A stretch of 64,000 nt of DNA. It comes from Candidatus Gastranaerophilales bacterium. GTDB taxonomy: Bacteria; Cyanobacteriota; Vampirovibrionia; Gastranaerophilales; Gastranaerophilaceae. Below are positions 19,088 through 28,338 of this stretch, in pieces (the stretch's first letter is position 1; every line of letters starts with the position of its first letter). Under the pieces are notes generated by a model. That model made no database searches and had not been told where the DNA came from. It worked only from the letters and a program-made list of their open reading frames with translations. Location of the stretch: the NCBI GenBank assembly GCA_947588755.1, contig CANPZB010000002.1, forward strand, positions 7,954 through 71,953, written 5' to 3'. Position numbers and translations under genes: made by a program.

Positions 19088-21826
19088 ATGATTAAATCAG
19101 TTAAAAAGGGACAGAAGTTAAGTGCCGCAATATTAACGGTTTTACTTATAATGCAGCAATCTTTTTGTGTGCAGGTAATGGCCTCCCAAATATCAGGAGT
19201 TCAAGGAACACAAAACCCTAACGGGCCGGGACAAATATTTGATATTGAACCTACTGCCAAAAACGGTGATATAGGATTTAGAAAATACAAAAATTTTGAT
19301 TTAAGCGAACAAGATATTGCTAACCTTATTTTCAAATACGGTCAGGATAATGTGGAAAAATTCGTTAACCTTGTTTCTAATCAGGTTAATATTCAAGGTA
19401 TTTTGAATACAATGCGTGACGGCAATTTTTATAACGGTCATGCGGTATTTATTTCACCAAACGGTGTTGTTGTAGGTGCAAGCGGTGTTTTAAACGTAGG
19501 CTCTCTTTCCGTTTTAACTCCGACACAAGAAAGCTTTGATAAACTTAAAGGTGATATAGATAATCAACCTAACCTTATTCAAAATTACGAATCCGCACTT
19601 GTTCCCGGTAACGGTGCCGTAAAAATTGAAGGTAAAGTTATTGCACGTGATTTGGTTGATATAAAAGCTGCTGATGTTAATGTTACACCTAACGGAACAG
19701 TTTTTTCCGGTGTTAATGATGTTACTGCCCTGAATTCACGTAATCAAGCCGAACTTTTATTTAATAATCTTGTTAACACAAGTAATATGACAGACGGAAA
19801 TACTTTTGAAAGCGATAAGGGCAGTATTTCAATAAAATCTTACGGTGCTGACGGCGGTTCAAAAATCGAAGGCGAACTTAAAAACTTCGGTAAAGGTGAT
19901 ATTAAAATTTCAAACAGTGGAAGCAAAGGTGTTGATGTAACAAAAAATATTTCCAATAAAAACGGAAGAACGGTAATTGAAAATACGGGTAACGGAGGAA
20001 TTAAAATCAGCGGAATTATTAATTCAAAAGGTATTGATATTAATAACTCCTCATCTGACGTTTTGATAGGTGATAATTCCGATAAAAATAATTATTTAAC
20101 ATCTTCTGCCGATGTAAATATCAATATACAAAACGGAAACCTTTTAAATAATTCGGGTTCCGTAAAAACGCTTATTAAAACTACCGATAACGGTAATTTG
20201 AATATCAGCGTTCAAAACGGTAAAATCGGTGAAGAAGTCGGGCCTTGTGACGGCGGTATTTGTACGGGTATTGGCGACGGCGAAAGAGATTTAACAAAAT
20301 CCGTTAATACTTCAATCGACGGTAAAATAAATGCAAAAAGTACCGGCTCAAATTCAGTTATTAATATGGCAAGTCTTGATAAGGATATGCACATTGACAA
20401 AATAGAATCCGACGGCAGAGTTATTCTTCTTGCCGATACTGCCGATTTATCCCAAAAGGGAACCGTGGCTTATGATGTTTTAAATTATTCGTCTGATAAT
20501 ACTCAGCCAAATGTCAAAGGTAAAGGAATTTCAATTATTTCAAGCGGCAATATCGGAAGTGTGGACAAAAAATTAACTTTTGTCCAAACTGCGGGAGATT
20601 TTAATGATACTGCATGGAATGCCGATAAAACAAATTATACGCCTGATGCACAATACGGTGTTGAAATGCTTGCAATAAAAGATATTAATGTTAAAGGTCT
20701 TGATAATGCGGACGGTACGAAAAGTGACACTAATGTATGTGCTATGATTTCAAAAGAAGGCAGTATTAATGCTGAATTTTCAGGTGATACATATATCAGA
20801 GAAATAAATGCGGATAAAAATATTAATTTGACAACTCTCGGTAATAAAATGTATATCGAAAATCTCGGTACTACACCTACGTATTCTCAAGATTACTACG
20901 GGCCTAACGGAAATGTATCTCCCGACAGAGTTAAAATTTCCGCACTGGATTTAGGAACTTCATGGCCTGATAATCCTGCTGATTCAACCGTTGTAATCAA
21001 AAACGGCAGTATAGGCGGTGACGGTAATCTTCGCCCGAGTGCAGATCAGGATTTGACTGTGGCGGCAGACAATGTTTATGTTGACGGTAAACATTTCCAC
21101 ATGGGTAATGACAGAAACGGCGGGCCTTCGTTTGTCGAAGATGATGCTTCAACAAATCGTTTAACAAATCCTTCTCAAGATAAGGAAGTTTCTATAAGAG
21201 TAAAAGCGGTAAGACCGAATGATGTTGAAGCTGCGGGACATAACCGTAACGAACGTAATTACTATTACGGCGGAAGTTCACAAGGCGGTAATTCCGACTA
21301 TGATGTCGACGGTAATCCTTTGCCTGATGAACAAAAAGGCGGTGAAAATGATGATGATAACATTGTAGTTCCGTCAACAGGTTCTGTACCGACGGCAAAT
21401 AATGATAATACAATGTCATCCGACGATGTATACCGCGATTTGTGGAAACAAAGATTAGCTGAGGACAATGTTGATTCTATTGATAAACGTCAATACATGA
21501 GATTTAGCGTTGAAAACAACAGACATCCCGTTTCGCTTGCTCAAAACGCTCAAATCGACAGTTTGATAGATATTTCCAGAGGCGGTGTAGCAGTACATCA
21601 TAACCATACTTTAAAAGTAGGTGATGTTGTCCCCGTTAAAATTAACTACGGAAATCTGGCAATTAATACAGATGTTAAAGTAGTTACGGCGTCTGACAGG
21701 AGAGCCGGTGCGGAATTTATAAATCTTGACCAAGCGACCGCTAACAAACTTCTGTATATGAATGTTATGTTGGAAGAAGCTGAAACGGCTATGTTGAACA
21801 AACAAAACCTGTCTTATAATAAATAA
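19088..21826 (+). CDS. secreted TPS (haemagglutination-activity) domain protein with C-terminal PilZ domain
   Basis: Signal peptide MIKSVKKGQKLSAAILTVLLIMQQSFCVQVMA. TPS-like block FRKYKNFDL..NLVSNQVNIQGILN..AVFISPNGVVVGASGVLNVGSLSVLT. G/N/D-rich passenger. C-terminal RQYMR..(22 aa)..DISRGG plus a beta-barrel pattern. ATG 19088 preferred over the track TTG 19019. Confidence 0.75.
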   Translation: MIKSVKKGQKLSAAILTVLLIMQQSFCVQVMASQISGVQGTQNPNGPGQIFDIEPTAKNGDIGFRKYKNFDLSEQDIANLIFKYGQDNVEKFVNLVSNQVNIQGILNTMRDGNFYNGHAVFISPNGVVVGASGVLNVGSLSVLTPTQESFDKLKGDIDNQPNLIQNYESALVPGNGAVKIEGKVIARDLVDIKAADVNVTPNGTVFSGVNDVTALNSRNQAELLFNNLVNTSNMTDGNTFESDKGSISIKSYGADGGSKIEGELKNFGKGDIKISNSGSKGVDVTKNISNKNGRTVIENTGNGGIKISGIINSKGIDINNSSSDVLIGDNSDKNNYLTSSADVNINIQNGNLLNNSGSVKTLIKTTDNGNLNISVQNGKIGEEVGPCDGGICTGIGDGERDLTKSVNTSIDGKINAKSTGSNSVINMASLDKDMHIDKIESDGRVILLADTADLSQKGTVAYDVLNYSSDNTQPNVKGKGISIISSGNIGSVDKKLTFVQTAGDFNDTAWNADKTNYTPDAQYGVEMLAIKDINVKGLDNADGTKSDTNVCAMISKEGSINAEFSGDTYIREINADKNINLTTLGNKMYIENLGTTPTYSQDYYGPNGNVSPDRVKISALDLGTSWPDNPADSTVVIKNGSIGGDGNLRPSADQDLTVAADNVYVDGKHFHMGNDRNGGPSFVEDDASTNRLTNPSQDKEVSIRVKAVRPNDVEAAGHNRNERNYYYGGSSQGGNSDYDVDGNPLPDEQKGGENDDDNIVVPSTGSVPTANNDNTMSSDDVYRDLWKQRLAEDNVDSIDKRQYMRFSVENNRHPVSLAQNAQIDSLIDISRGGVAVHHNHTLKVGDVVPVKINYGNLAINTDVKVVTASDRRAGAEFINLDQATANKLLYMNVMLEEAETAMLNKQNLSYNK

Positions 21827-21843
21827 TAAAAATAATTATTAAC

Positions 21844-21886
21844 AAAAAAAAGAAGATAAATAAAAATTTATCTTCTTCTTTTTTTA
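21844..21886. terminator. bidirectional rho-independent terminator
   Basis: AGAAGATAAAT-AAAA-ATTTATCTTCT hairpin flanked by an A-run and a T-run, between convergent genes. Confidence 0.7.
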
Positions 21887-23647
21887 TGCATATTTTCTTG
21901 CCAGATATTGACTTACGCCGTTTCTGTATTTATTGTTCCGTTGAATTAATGCTATTGCCGTGGGGCTGAGTGTTGTATCATGATATGATGCATATTGTAC
22001 TACATTGTTTTGAGCAGGCATAATTCTACCCAGAGTTGAACCGAGTGCTTGAATATTATTTCCTAATTTCTGCATTTTTTCTATGGCTTTTTTGTCAAAA
22101 GTAAATTTTTTGACATTTTTACCGACTGTTTTTCCTGCATTTTGCGTTGCAGTTTGTGTTGCTTTTGCAGTTACATTATTTAATGTGTTGTCAGCTTTGT
22201 TTCCTGCGGCAGTCAATGCACCCTTGTAAGAATGAATATCTGCTTTAGACATTTGTTTTTGAAGGCTGGCAGCTGTTTCTTTGCGTGCTTCTCTTTTGGA
22301 TAATCCGCCTAACGCTTCTTTGGCGGCTTTTCTGCTCATACCGTTTGTTTTTTCATCTATAACCTTTTTGGCTGCTACGTTTGCGGCAAGCTTTTTGGTG
22401 GCACTATCTGCCTGTTTATTTATGGCATCAAGACTGTTTGCCATATTTGCGGAATTCCCTATAGCCGATGCTCCTATGCTGACGGCACTTGCGGCACTTG
22501 CAAATGCCGCGGTAATATTTCCTTCCGCCGCATAGCCTGCCATTTTGGTAATTCCTGCGGCTGTTTGACCGTACTGACCTACATTTTCCGCAATTTTACC
22601 GATTTTTTGCATAACTTTACCCGTCGCAATTAAGGCTTGACCTGCTCCCGGGAAGGCGGTTAATGCACCTCCCAGAGCTACAAGACTAAGCCCGGCATAG
22701 TTCAGAGCCTGTCCGGTTTGTGCTACCAAGCCGCTTACTTGCTCAATTGTATCAGCAACTTTTATGGCTTTTTGTGCAGTTGTCTCATTATCTTTCATCT
22801 GTGTTTGATAGTTGCTGTTTGTCTGAACAAATGTCGTCGACATTTTGTTCATATTTGTAATTGCACGTGATGAATTCTTTTGCAGGGTATATATCTGTTT
22901 GCTGCTTCTGTTCATTAATTGAATTTTTGTACCAAGCTGTTTTTGCAGTATCTGTATTCTGTCATTGTCAGAGTTGTCTTGAGGTCCGAATTCATTTACG
23001 GCATTGCCTATTGATAAAGAAAAGGCACTTGATTTACCGACCCCTGTTTTATCTGCATTTAACAGTGAATTTAATTCTTGCGACATTTGGTCAAATTCAC
23101 TCTGATTTTGATTTAAATTATTTGTTTCCTGCCTTATACCGTTCCGGTTACTTGTTATAGTTGATTGCTCTTGTTTAATTGCTGCTTCGAAAGTACCTTT
23201 GTCAGAGTCAATATTTCCTTTAAGTTTACTGCTCTGGCTTGCATAGAGTTTCATTGTTTGGGTACTTGATTCGGTTTGTTTGGTAAGTTCTTTTACATTG
23301 TCTTTTTGTTTGCTGACCTCGTTGGCAGCAGCTTTACCGTCTGCGGCATTGTCAATGTTGCTGTACTTACCTGCAGGGTTGTTTTCTTTGGGTGAGCCTG
23401 AGGCTGTTTTTTTCGGTAATGTAGTGTTAAATATTGATGACTGCATATCGTTAACACTTTTTTGCGTGTTTAATCTGACTGTTTGATTTGAAGTGTTAAG
23501 TGCATTAGGACCCGCAGCAAAAATTGAACCGTCGGATTTCATCCATTGCGGTTTTTGTATTAGTGTACTTGTACCGCCCTTCTTTTTGCTTAGGGCAAGT
23601 CTTACAAGTTCACTCGAATTTAGTCCTGGTGTGATACTTACAGTCAA
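21884..23647 (-). CDS. large Q/N/S/T-rich hypothetical protein with central Ala/Gly-rich hydrophobic region
   Basis: 587-aa ORF. TTG start preceded by AGGAGA 6 nt upstream. Long polar helical N-half. Hydrophobic stretch LNYAGLSLVALGGALTAFPGAGQALIATG..AAFASAASAVSIGASAIG. No signal peptide. Confidence 0.65.
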   Translation of the reverse strand: MTVSITPGLNSSELVRLALSKKKGGTSTLIQKPQWMKSDGSIFAAGPNALNTSNQTVRLNTQKSVNDMQSSIFNTTLPKKTASGSPKENNPAGKYSNIDNAADGKAAANEVSKQKDNVKELTKQTESSTQTMKLYASQSSKLKGNIDSDKGTFEAAIKQEQSTITSNRNGIRQETNNLNQNQSEFDQMSQELNSLLNADKTGVGKSSAFSLSIGNAVNEFGPQDNSDNDRIQILQKQLGTKIQLMNRSSKQIYTLQKNSSRAITNMNKMSTTFVQTNSNYQTQMKDNETTAQKAIKVADTIEQVSGLVAQTGQALNYAGLSLVALGGALTAFPGAGQALIATGKVMQKIGKIAENVGQYGQTAAGITKMAGYAAEGNITAAFASAASAVSIGASAIGNSANMANSLDAINKQADSATKKLAANVAAKKVIDEKTNGMSRKAAKEALGGLSKREARKETAASLQKQMSKADIHSYKGALTAAGNKADNTLNNVTAKATQTATQNAGKTVGKNVKKFTFDKKAIEKMQKLGNNIQALGSTLGRIMPAQNNVVQYASYHDTTLSPTAIALIQRNNKYRNGVSQYLARKYA

Positions 23648-23816
23648 TATAAGCTCTCCTGTGTATAATCTCTCTTAAATATATAAAAACTTTCCGCTTT
23701 ATCTGATTTCACAAACTTTTTATCTTGTAACATTTTTTAACATGATTAATAATTTGATTTTATAGAAATTTTTTGTTAAAATTACTTTGTTCTAAATGAG
23801 AAGGGAGATATATTTT

Positions 23817-24629
23817 ATGAAACTAATGGAAGGCAAAAAAGGGGTTATATTCGGAGTTTCAAATACTCACGGTATAGCTTATGCCATAGCAAGACAATTA
23901 TTTGAAGCAGGTGCGGATATAGCTTTCACCTATGCGGGCGAAGCTATGGAAAAGCGTGTAAGACCGCTTGCGGAAGAAATGAACGCAAAAATAATTATGA
24001 GTTGCGATGTTACAAAAGAAGATGAAGTTGCTGCCGTATTTAAAGAATGCGAAAAAGTTTACGGTAAGTTGGATTTTGTGGTTCATGCCGTAGCTTTTGC
24101 AGCTAAAGAAGATTTGCAGGGAAGATTTATTGACACTTCACGTGCGGGATGGGATCTGGCATTAGGTGTAAGTGCTTATTCTCTTATTACGTTATGCAAA
24201 AATGCCGAACCGCTTATGAATGAAGGCGGGTCAATATTTGCACTAACTTATTTGGGTTCCGAGTATGTGGTTGCAAATTACAATGTTATGGGCGTTGCAA
24301 AAGCGGCTCTTGAATCTTCTATGAGATATTTAGCGGCTGATTTAGGTAAAAAAGGTGTAAGGGTTAACTGTATATCCGCAGGTGCCGTTAAAACACTTGC
24401 CGCAAAAGGTATTTCAGGATTTGATAAAATGCTTAAAGCCGCTGTTGCCAAAGCACCTCTGGGCAGAAATGTTTCGCTGGAAGATGTCGGCAAAGCAGGT
24501 TTGTATTTGGCATCGGATTTGTCATCAGGTACAACCGGACAAATTCTTTATGCCGATTGCGGCTGTCATGCGGTTTATGCTTCGCTTGAAGAAATGGAAA
24601 TTATTGCTAATTCCATACCAAGAGCATAA
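23817..24629 (+). CDS. fabI: enoyl-ACP reductase (NADH) FabI
   Basis: GVIFGVSNTHGIAYAIA nucleotide-binding motif, catalytic YNVMGVAKAALE (Y-x6-K), INCISAGAVKT. AAGGGAG RBS before ATG 23817. Confidence 0.9.
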   Translation: MKLMEGKKGVIFGVSNTHGIAYAIARQLFEAGADIAFTYAGEAMEKRVRPLAEEMNAKIIMSCDVTKEDEVAAVFKECEKVYGKLDFVVHAVAFAAKEDLQGRFIDTSRAGWDLALGVSAYSLITLCKNAEPLMNEGGSIFALTYLGSEYVVANYNVMGVAKAALESSMRYLAADLGKKGVRVNCISAGAVKTLAAKGISGFDKMLKAAVAKAPLGRNVSLEDVGKAGLYLASDLSSGTTGQILYADCGCHAVYASLEEMEIIANSIPRA

Positions 24630-24712
24630 AATTCGGATATTTTTGTTTAAAAAGAGCGGTAAAATAATTATTTTGCCGCTTATTTTTATCTGAGTCTTTA
24701 TTTTTAAAGGAC

Positions 24713-24740
24713 TTGCAATTTATTTTTTTTATTTTATGAT
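24713..24740 (+). promoter_or_regulatory. sigma-70-type promoter candidate for rpsU
   Basis: TTGCAA (24713-24718), a 16-nt spacer, then TATGAT (24735-24740). Confidence 0.4.
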
Positions 24741-24782
24741 GTACTTGTGACACTAAAGATAATAAAGGTGGTGAAAATATAA

Positions 24783-24956
24783 ATGGCAGAAGTTAAAGTA
24801 GGCGAAAATGAATCTATTGAAAGTGCATTACGCAGATTCAAGAAAAAAATTCAAAAAGCCGGCATTCTTTCGGAAGTTAAAAAACGCGAAAGATACGAAA
24901 AACCAAGCGTAAAAAGAAAACGTAAATCTGAAGCCGCTCGTAAAAGAAAAGTTTAA
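24783..24956 (+). CDS. rpsU: 30S ribosomal protein S21 (57 aa, missed by the 60-aa ORF track)
   Basis: Hand translation [57 protein letters not shown], a classic S21. AAGGTGG RBS upstream. Confidence 0.9.
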   Translation: MAEVKVGENESIESALRRFKKKIQKAGILSEVKKRERYEKPSVKRKRKSEAARKRKV

Positions 24957-24965
24957 AGATTATAT

Positions 24966-25001
24966 AAAAAAAACGAACCTTTTATAGGTTCGTTTTTTTT
25001 T
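24966..25001. terminator. bidirectional rho-independent terminator
   Basis: AACGAACCT-TTTAT-AGGTTCGTT hairpin flanked by an A-run and a T-run. Confidence 0.75.
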
Positions 25002-26079
25002 ATTTTGTTTCTATGTAATTTGTGTTCGGAATATATGAAGTTTCATTATTAATATCAATTTTGCTGATTATACTTGCACGTTTTTTCCTGAAAAGCATAT
25101 CAACAAAAGCTTCCAATCTGGTAATAAATCCTGCTTCACCTGTTTGTTCATCTATTGTTAAGTTAAGCAAGGGCTTGTTAAAATGTTTGGCTTTTCTGGT
25201 AATTCTTTCAACCATCAGCGAATCCGGCCCGCAGCCAAAGGCTGTAATTGTGATTATTCCGTCAATTTTATTATCTTTAAGATAATGCCCCGCAGCACCG
25301 GTCATTTCATATTCATTCGCCCAATACATATCTTGTCCGAGAGTTTTTATACCGTCCTCCATTTGTTCCGTCGATAACCGGAGTGATGAATATACACGCA
25401 CATCCATTGCTTCAAGTTTGTCAAAAACTTTCATGGAAGTTCGTTCATCAAAAATGTTGTATCCGTGCGAAATAAGTGCTATGGAAATGGGAAATTCTTT
25501 ATTCTCATTTTCAATAAATACTTTGCCCTGTAAAGCATAATTCATTGATTTTTTGTAGCTCATTCCTGATTTTGACATTATATGGAAGTTGTTATATGTT
25601 CTCCAGCCTGCTTTTGAAGCTTTTTTAATTCTTTCGATATCGGTAATCCCATAATAAGAAGCTATTTCTGTCAAAAATTCATATAATCCTTGATTTTTTT
25701 CAGATTTATCCAGAGTAGCTTCTATAATGGTAAAATCTTTTTTAACAACATTTCTAACCAAATCGGGAAGTCCTCTGATTTTTGAACAGTTGTAGATTTT
25801 CGGGGCAATGGATTGAATAGAAGGAACGAATATTTTATCAACCCCTTTTTCAATAAGGTTAAGTACATGACCGATAAAAACCTTGATGGGCAGACATGTT
25901 TCGGTAACTACAAGGCTTGAGCCTTTTGACATAGTCTGTTTTGTTGTAATATCCGACAATATAATCTTAATTCCCAAATCGGTAAAAAAGCCGTAATAAA
26001 ACGGATAATTATTATAAAATGACATGGCACGGGGTATGCCTATAACCATTTTGTCATCTTTTGTGTTAATCTTTTCCAC
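25000..26079 (-). CDS. acyl-CoA dehydratase activase-related protein (DUF2229-type)
   Basis: MVIGIPRAMSFYNNYPFYYGFFTDLGIKIILSD..TETCLPIKVFIGHV resembles the activase-related family. GTG start with AGAGGA RBS. No partner activase gene is adjacent. Confidence 0.55.
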   Translation of the reverse strand: MEKINTKDDKMVIGIPRAMSFYNNYPFYYGFFTDLGIKIILSDITTKQTMSKGSSLVVTETCLPIKVFIGHVLNLIEKGVDKIFVPSIQSIAPKIYNCSKIRGLPDLVRNVVKKDFTIIEATLDKSEKNQGLYEFLTEIASYYGITDIERIKKASKAGWRTYNNFHIMSKSGMSYKKSMNYALQGKVFIENENKEFPISIALISHGYNIFDERTSMKVFDKLEAMDVRVYSSLRLSTEQMEDGIKTLGQDMYWANEYEMTGAAGHYLKDNKIDGIITITAFGCGPDSLMVERITRKAKHFNKPLLNLTIDEQTGEAGFITRLEAFVDMLFRKKRASIISKIDINNETSYIPNTNYIETK

Positions 26080-26219
26080 TTTATTTCCTCTTTTGGTTTT
26101 ACAATTTACTACTTATATAATACTTCAAAAAAGATTTTTTTGCACATTATATTAACTTAATTTACATAAGTGTAAATATATTTTATTTTATAGTAATATA
26201 AATTAAAAAAGGAACGGTA

Positions 26220-26966
26220 ATGCCTCATTTTTTTATTAATTCCGCTATAGTAAAAGGTAATTCGGCTGCAATTTCGGACAGGGAAAATTATAATCATATA
26301 GCAAAATCTTTAAGAATAAAAACAGGCGAAAAACTTTTATTAATTGACGAAAATCAAATTCAATACGAAACTGTTGTTAAACAGGTTACAAACAAGGAGA
26401 TTATTGTCAATGTGGAAAATTCTTATAAATCTTGCAGAAGTTTGGATTTTGGATTATATCTTGCACAAAGTCCGCTTCGCAGTGAAGCCGGCAATTTTAT
26501 TATTGAAAAAGCAACTGAACTCGGTGCCGAAGGGGTATATCCCGTTATCAGTGATAATTGTGCTATTAACAGGTCATCTGTTGAAAAGAAAATTCCGAAA
26601 TGGCAGCGAATAATGTACGAAGCTTCAAAACAGTGCGAAAGAGCGGTTGTTCCAAAATGTTTTGATATTACGGATTACGAAAAACTTATTAAGAGCGGGA
26701 ATTTTCAACATATTTTGGCTTTTTGCGAGCGTGATACCGACTTGACATTAAGGCAGTATTTAACTGAAAAACCTTTGTTGAAAAATCAAAATATACTTGT
26801 GATAATAGGTCCTGAGGGTGGTTTTTCTCAAAAAGAGTTTGATTTATTTAAACGTAATAACATTGCCATGCTGACTCTCGGAAATTTAATTTTGAAAGCT
26901 GAAACTGCGGTTATTGCCGCACTCGGAAACATAATTTATGAATACAATAATTACTCAAAAAGTTAA
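26220..26966 (+). CDS. rsmE: 16S rRNA (uracil1498-N3)-methyltransferase RsmE
   Basis: MPHFFI start, PUA-like N-domain, SPOUT C-domain with IGPEGGFSQKEF. Confidence 0.85.
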   Translation: MPHFFINSAIVKGNSAAISDRENYNHIAKSLRIKTGEKLLLIDENQIQYETVVKQVTNKEIIVNVENSYKSCRSLDFGLYLAQSPLRSEAGNFIIEKATELGAEGVYPVISDNCAINRSSVEKKIPKWQRIMYEASKQCERAVVPKCFDITDYEKLIKSGNFQHILAFCERDTDLTLRQYLTEKPLLKNQNILVIIGPEGGFSQKEFDLFKRNNIAMLTLGNLILKAETAVIAALGNIIYEYNNYSKS

Positions 26967-28338
26967 AAATGATTATATTTTAAGTAGAATAACTAAAGAG
27001 TTTAACAACAAAATATATGTTGTGGGAGGAGCGGTTCGTGATTTTTATCTCGGACAGGAAAGTTTTGACCGCGATATTATTGTTACGGATGAGCATGCCG
27101 AGAATTTTGCTTTAAAATTGTGTGATTTATTTAACGGGGTTTTTGTGCCTTTGGATGTTGAAAACAAGATTTACAGAATTGTTTTGCCCGACAAAGTTAA
27201 TTATATTGACGTTACAAATCCAATAGAAAATTCTCTGGAAAAAGATATAATGCGTCGTGATTTAACGATAAATGCGATTGCAGCCGATATTCGTACAGGT
27301 GAAGTAATTGATTTTGTCGGCGGGATTACGGATTTAAATAATAAATTAATAAATTATATTAATGAAAACAATTTTGTTGATGACCCCTTGAGATTATTGC
27401 GTGTATACAGATTTCAGGCAGTTCTGGGCTTTGATTTGTCTGTCGAAACCGTTAATTCAGTATGCAAATATGCTGATTTAATCAGCAGTCCTGCCAAAGA
27501 ACGTATTAATTACGAAATAATGAAACTTTTTAACGGAAAATATTCTTATAAAGCACTTGTTAATATGAACAAAACATGGCTTTTGGAAAAGATATTTCCT
27601 TTTGTAAATGAGTTAAAGCAGGTTCCGCCAAACTCTCATCATCATCTTGATTTGTTTAATCATTCACTTGAAACAGTCAAGAATATTCAGAAAATATATG
27701 AAAATTCATCGGATGAGGTTAAAAAACATTTGGAAAAAACTGATTTTGGCGGGTTTCCGCGTTTGGCTCATTTAAAAATTGCGGGTTTTATGCATGATAT
27801 CGGTAAGTTTTCCACATGGACCATTGAAGAAGGCAGACACAGATTTATTAAACATGAAGATGCGGGTTCAAAATACTGTATTAAGTTTTTGAAAAAGCTT
27901 AATTTCTCTAATAAACAAACGGATTATATATCGTTGATGATTAAAAATCATATTTATCCCTCGTCGGTAATGTCTGCCCCTCAGATTAATGACAAAATTA
28001 TGATGCGGTATGTGAGGAAAATGGATACAAACTCAATTGATGCAATAATTCTTGCACAGGCTGACAGATTATCCGCCAGAGGCCCTGAGATTACGGACGA
28101 AATTGTAAATAAAAATATAACTTCTTTAAACAGACTTTTGGAATTTTATATAAGCGTAAAAGATACATTGGAGCCTTTACCAAAGTTGCTGAGCGGCAAT
28201 GATGTTATGGAAATTTTGAATATAAAACCTTCAAAACTTCTGGGTCAAATTATGAATGAGCTTTATGAAGCCCAGCTTAACGGTGATGTGACTACAAAAA
28301 AAGAAGCTGTTGATTTTGTTAAATCCGTAAGATTATAA
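26938..28338 (+). CDS. cca: CCA-adding tRNA nucleotidyltransferase / polyA polymerase family with HD domain
   Basis: VVGGAVRDFYLG, RRDLTINA, and an HD region HHHLDLFNHSLET..GFMHDIGK. Overlaps the rsmE 3' end by 29 nt. Confidence 0.8.
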   Translation: MNTIITQKVKNDYILSRITKEFNNKIYVVGGAVRDFYLGQESFDRDIIVTDEHAENFALKLCDLFNGVFVPLDVENKIYRIVLPDKVNYIDVTNPIENSLEKDIMRRDLTINAIAADIRTGEVIDFVGGITDLNNKLINYINENNFVDDPLRLLRVYRFQAVLGFDLSVETVNSVCKYADLISSPAKERINYEIMKLFNGKYSYKALVNMNKTWLLEKIFPFVNELKQVPPNSHHHLDLFNHSLETVKNIQKIYENSSDEVKKHLEKTDFGGFPRLAHLKIAGFMHDIGKFSTWTIEEGRHRFIKHEDAGSKYCIKFLKKLNFSNKQTDYISLMIKNHIYPSSVMSAPQINDKIMMRYVRKMDTNSIDAIILAQADRLSARGPEITDEIVNKNITSLNRLLEFYISVKDTLEPLPKLLSGNDVMEILNIKPSKLLGQIMNELYEAQLNGDVTTKKEAVDFVKSVRL

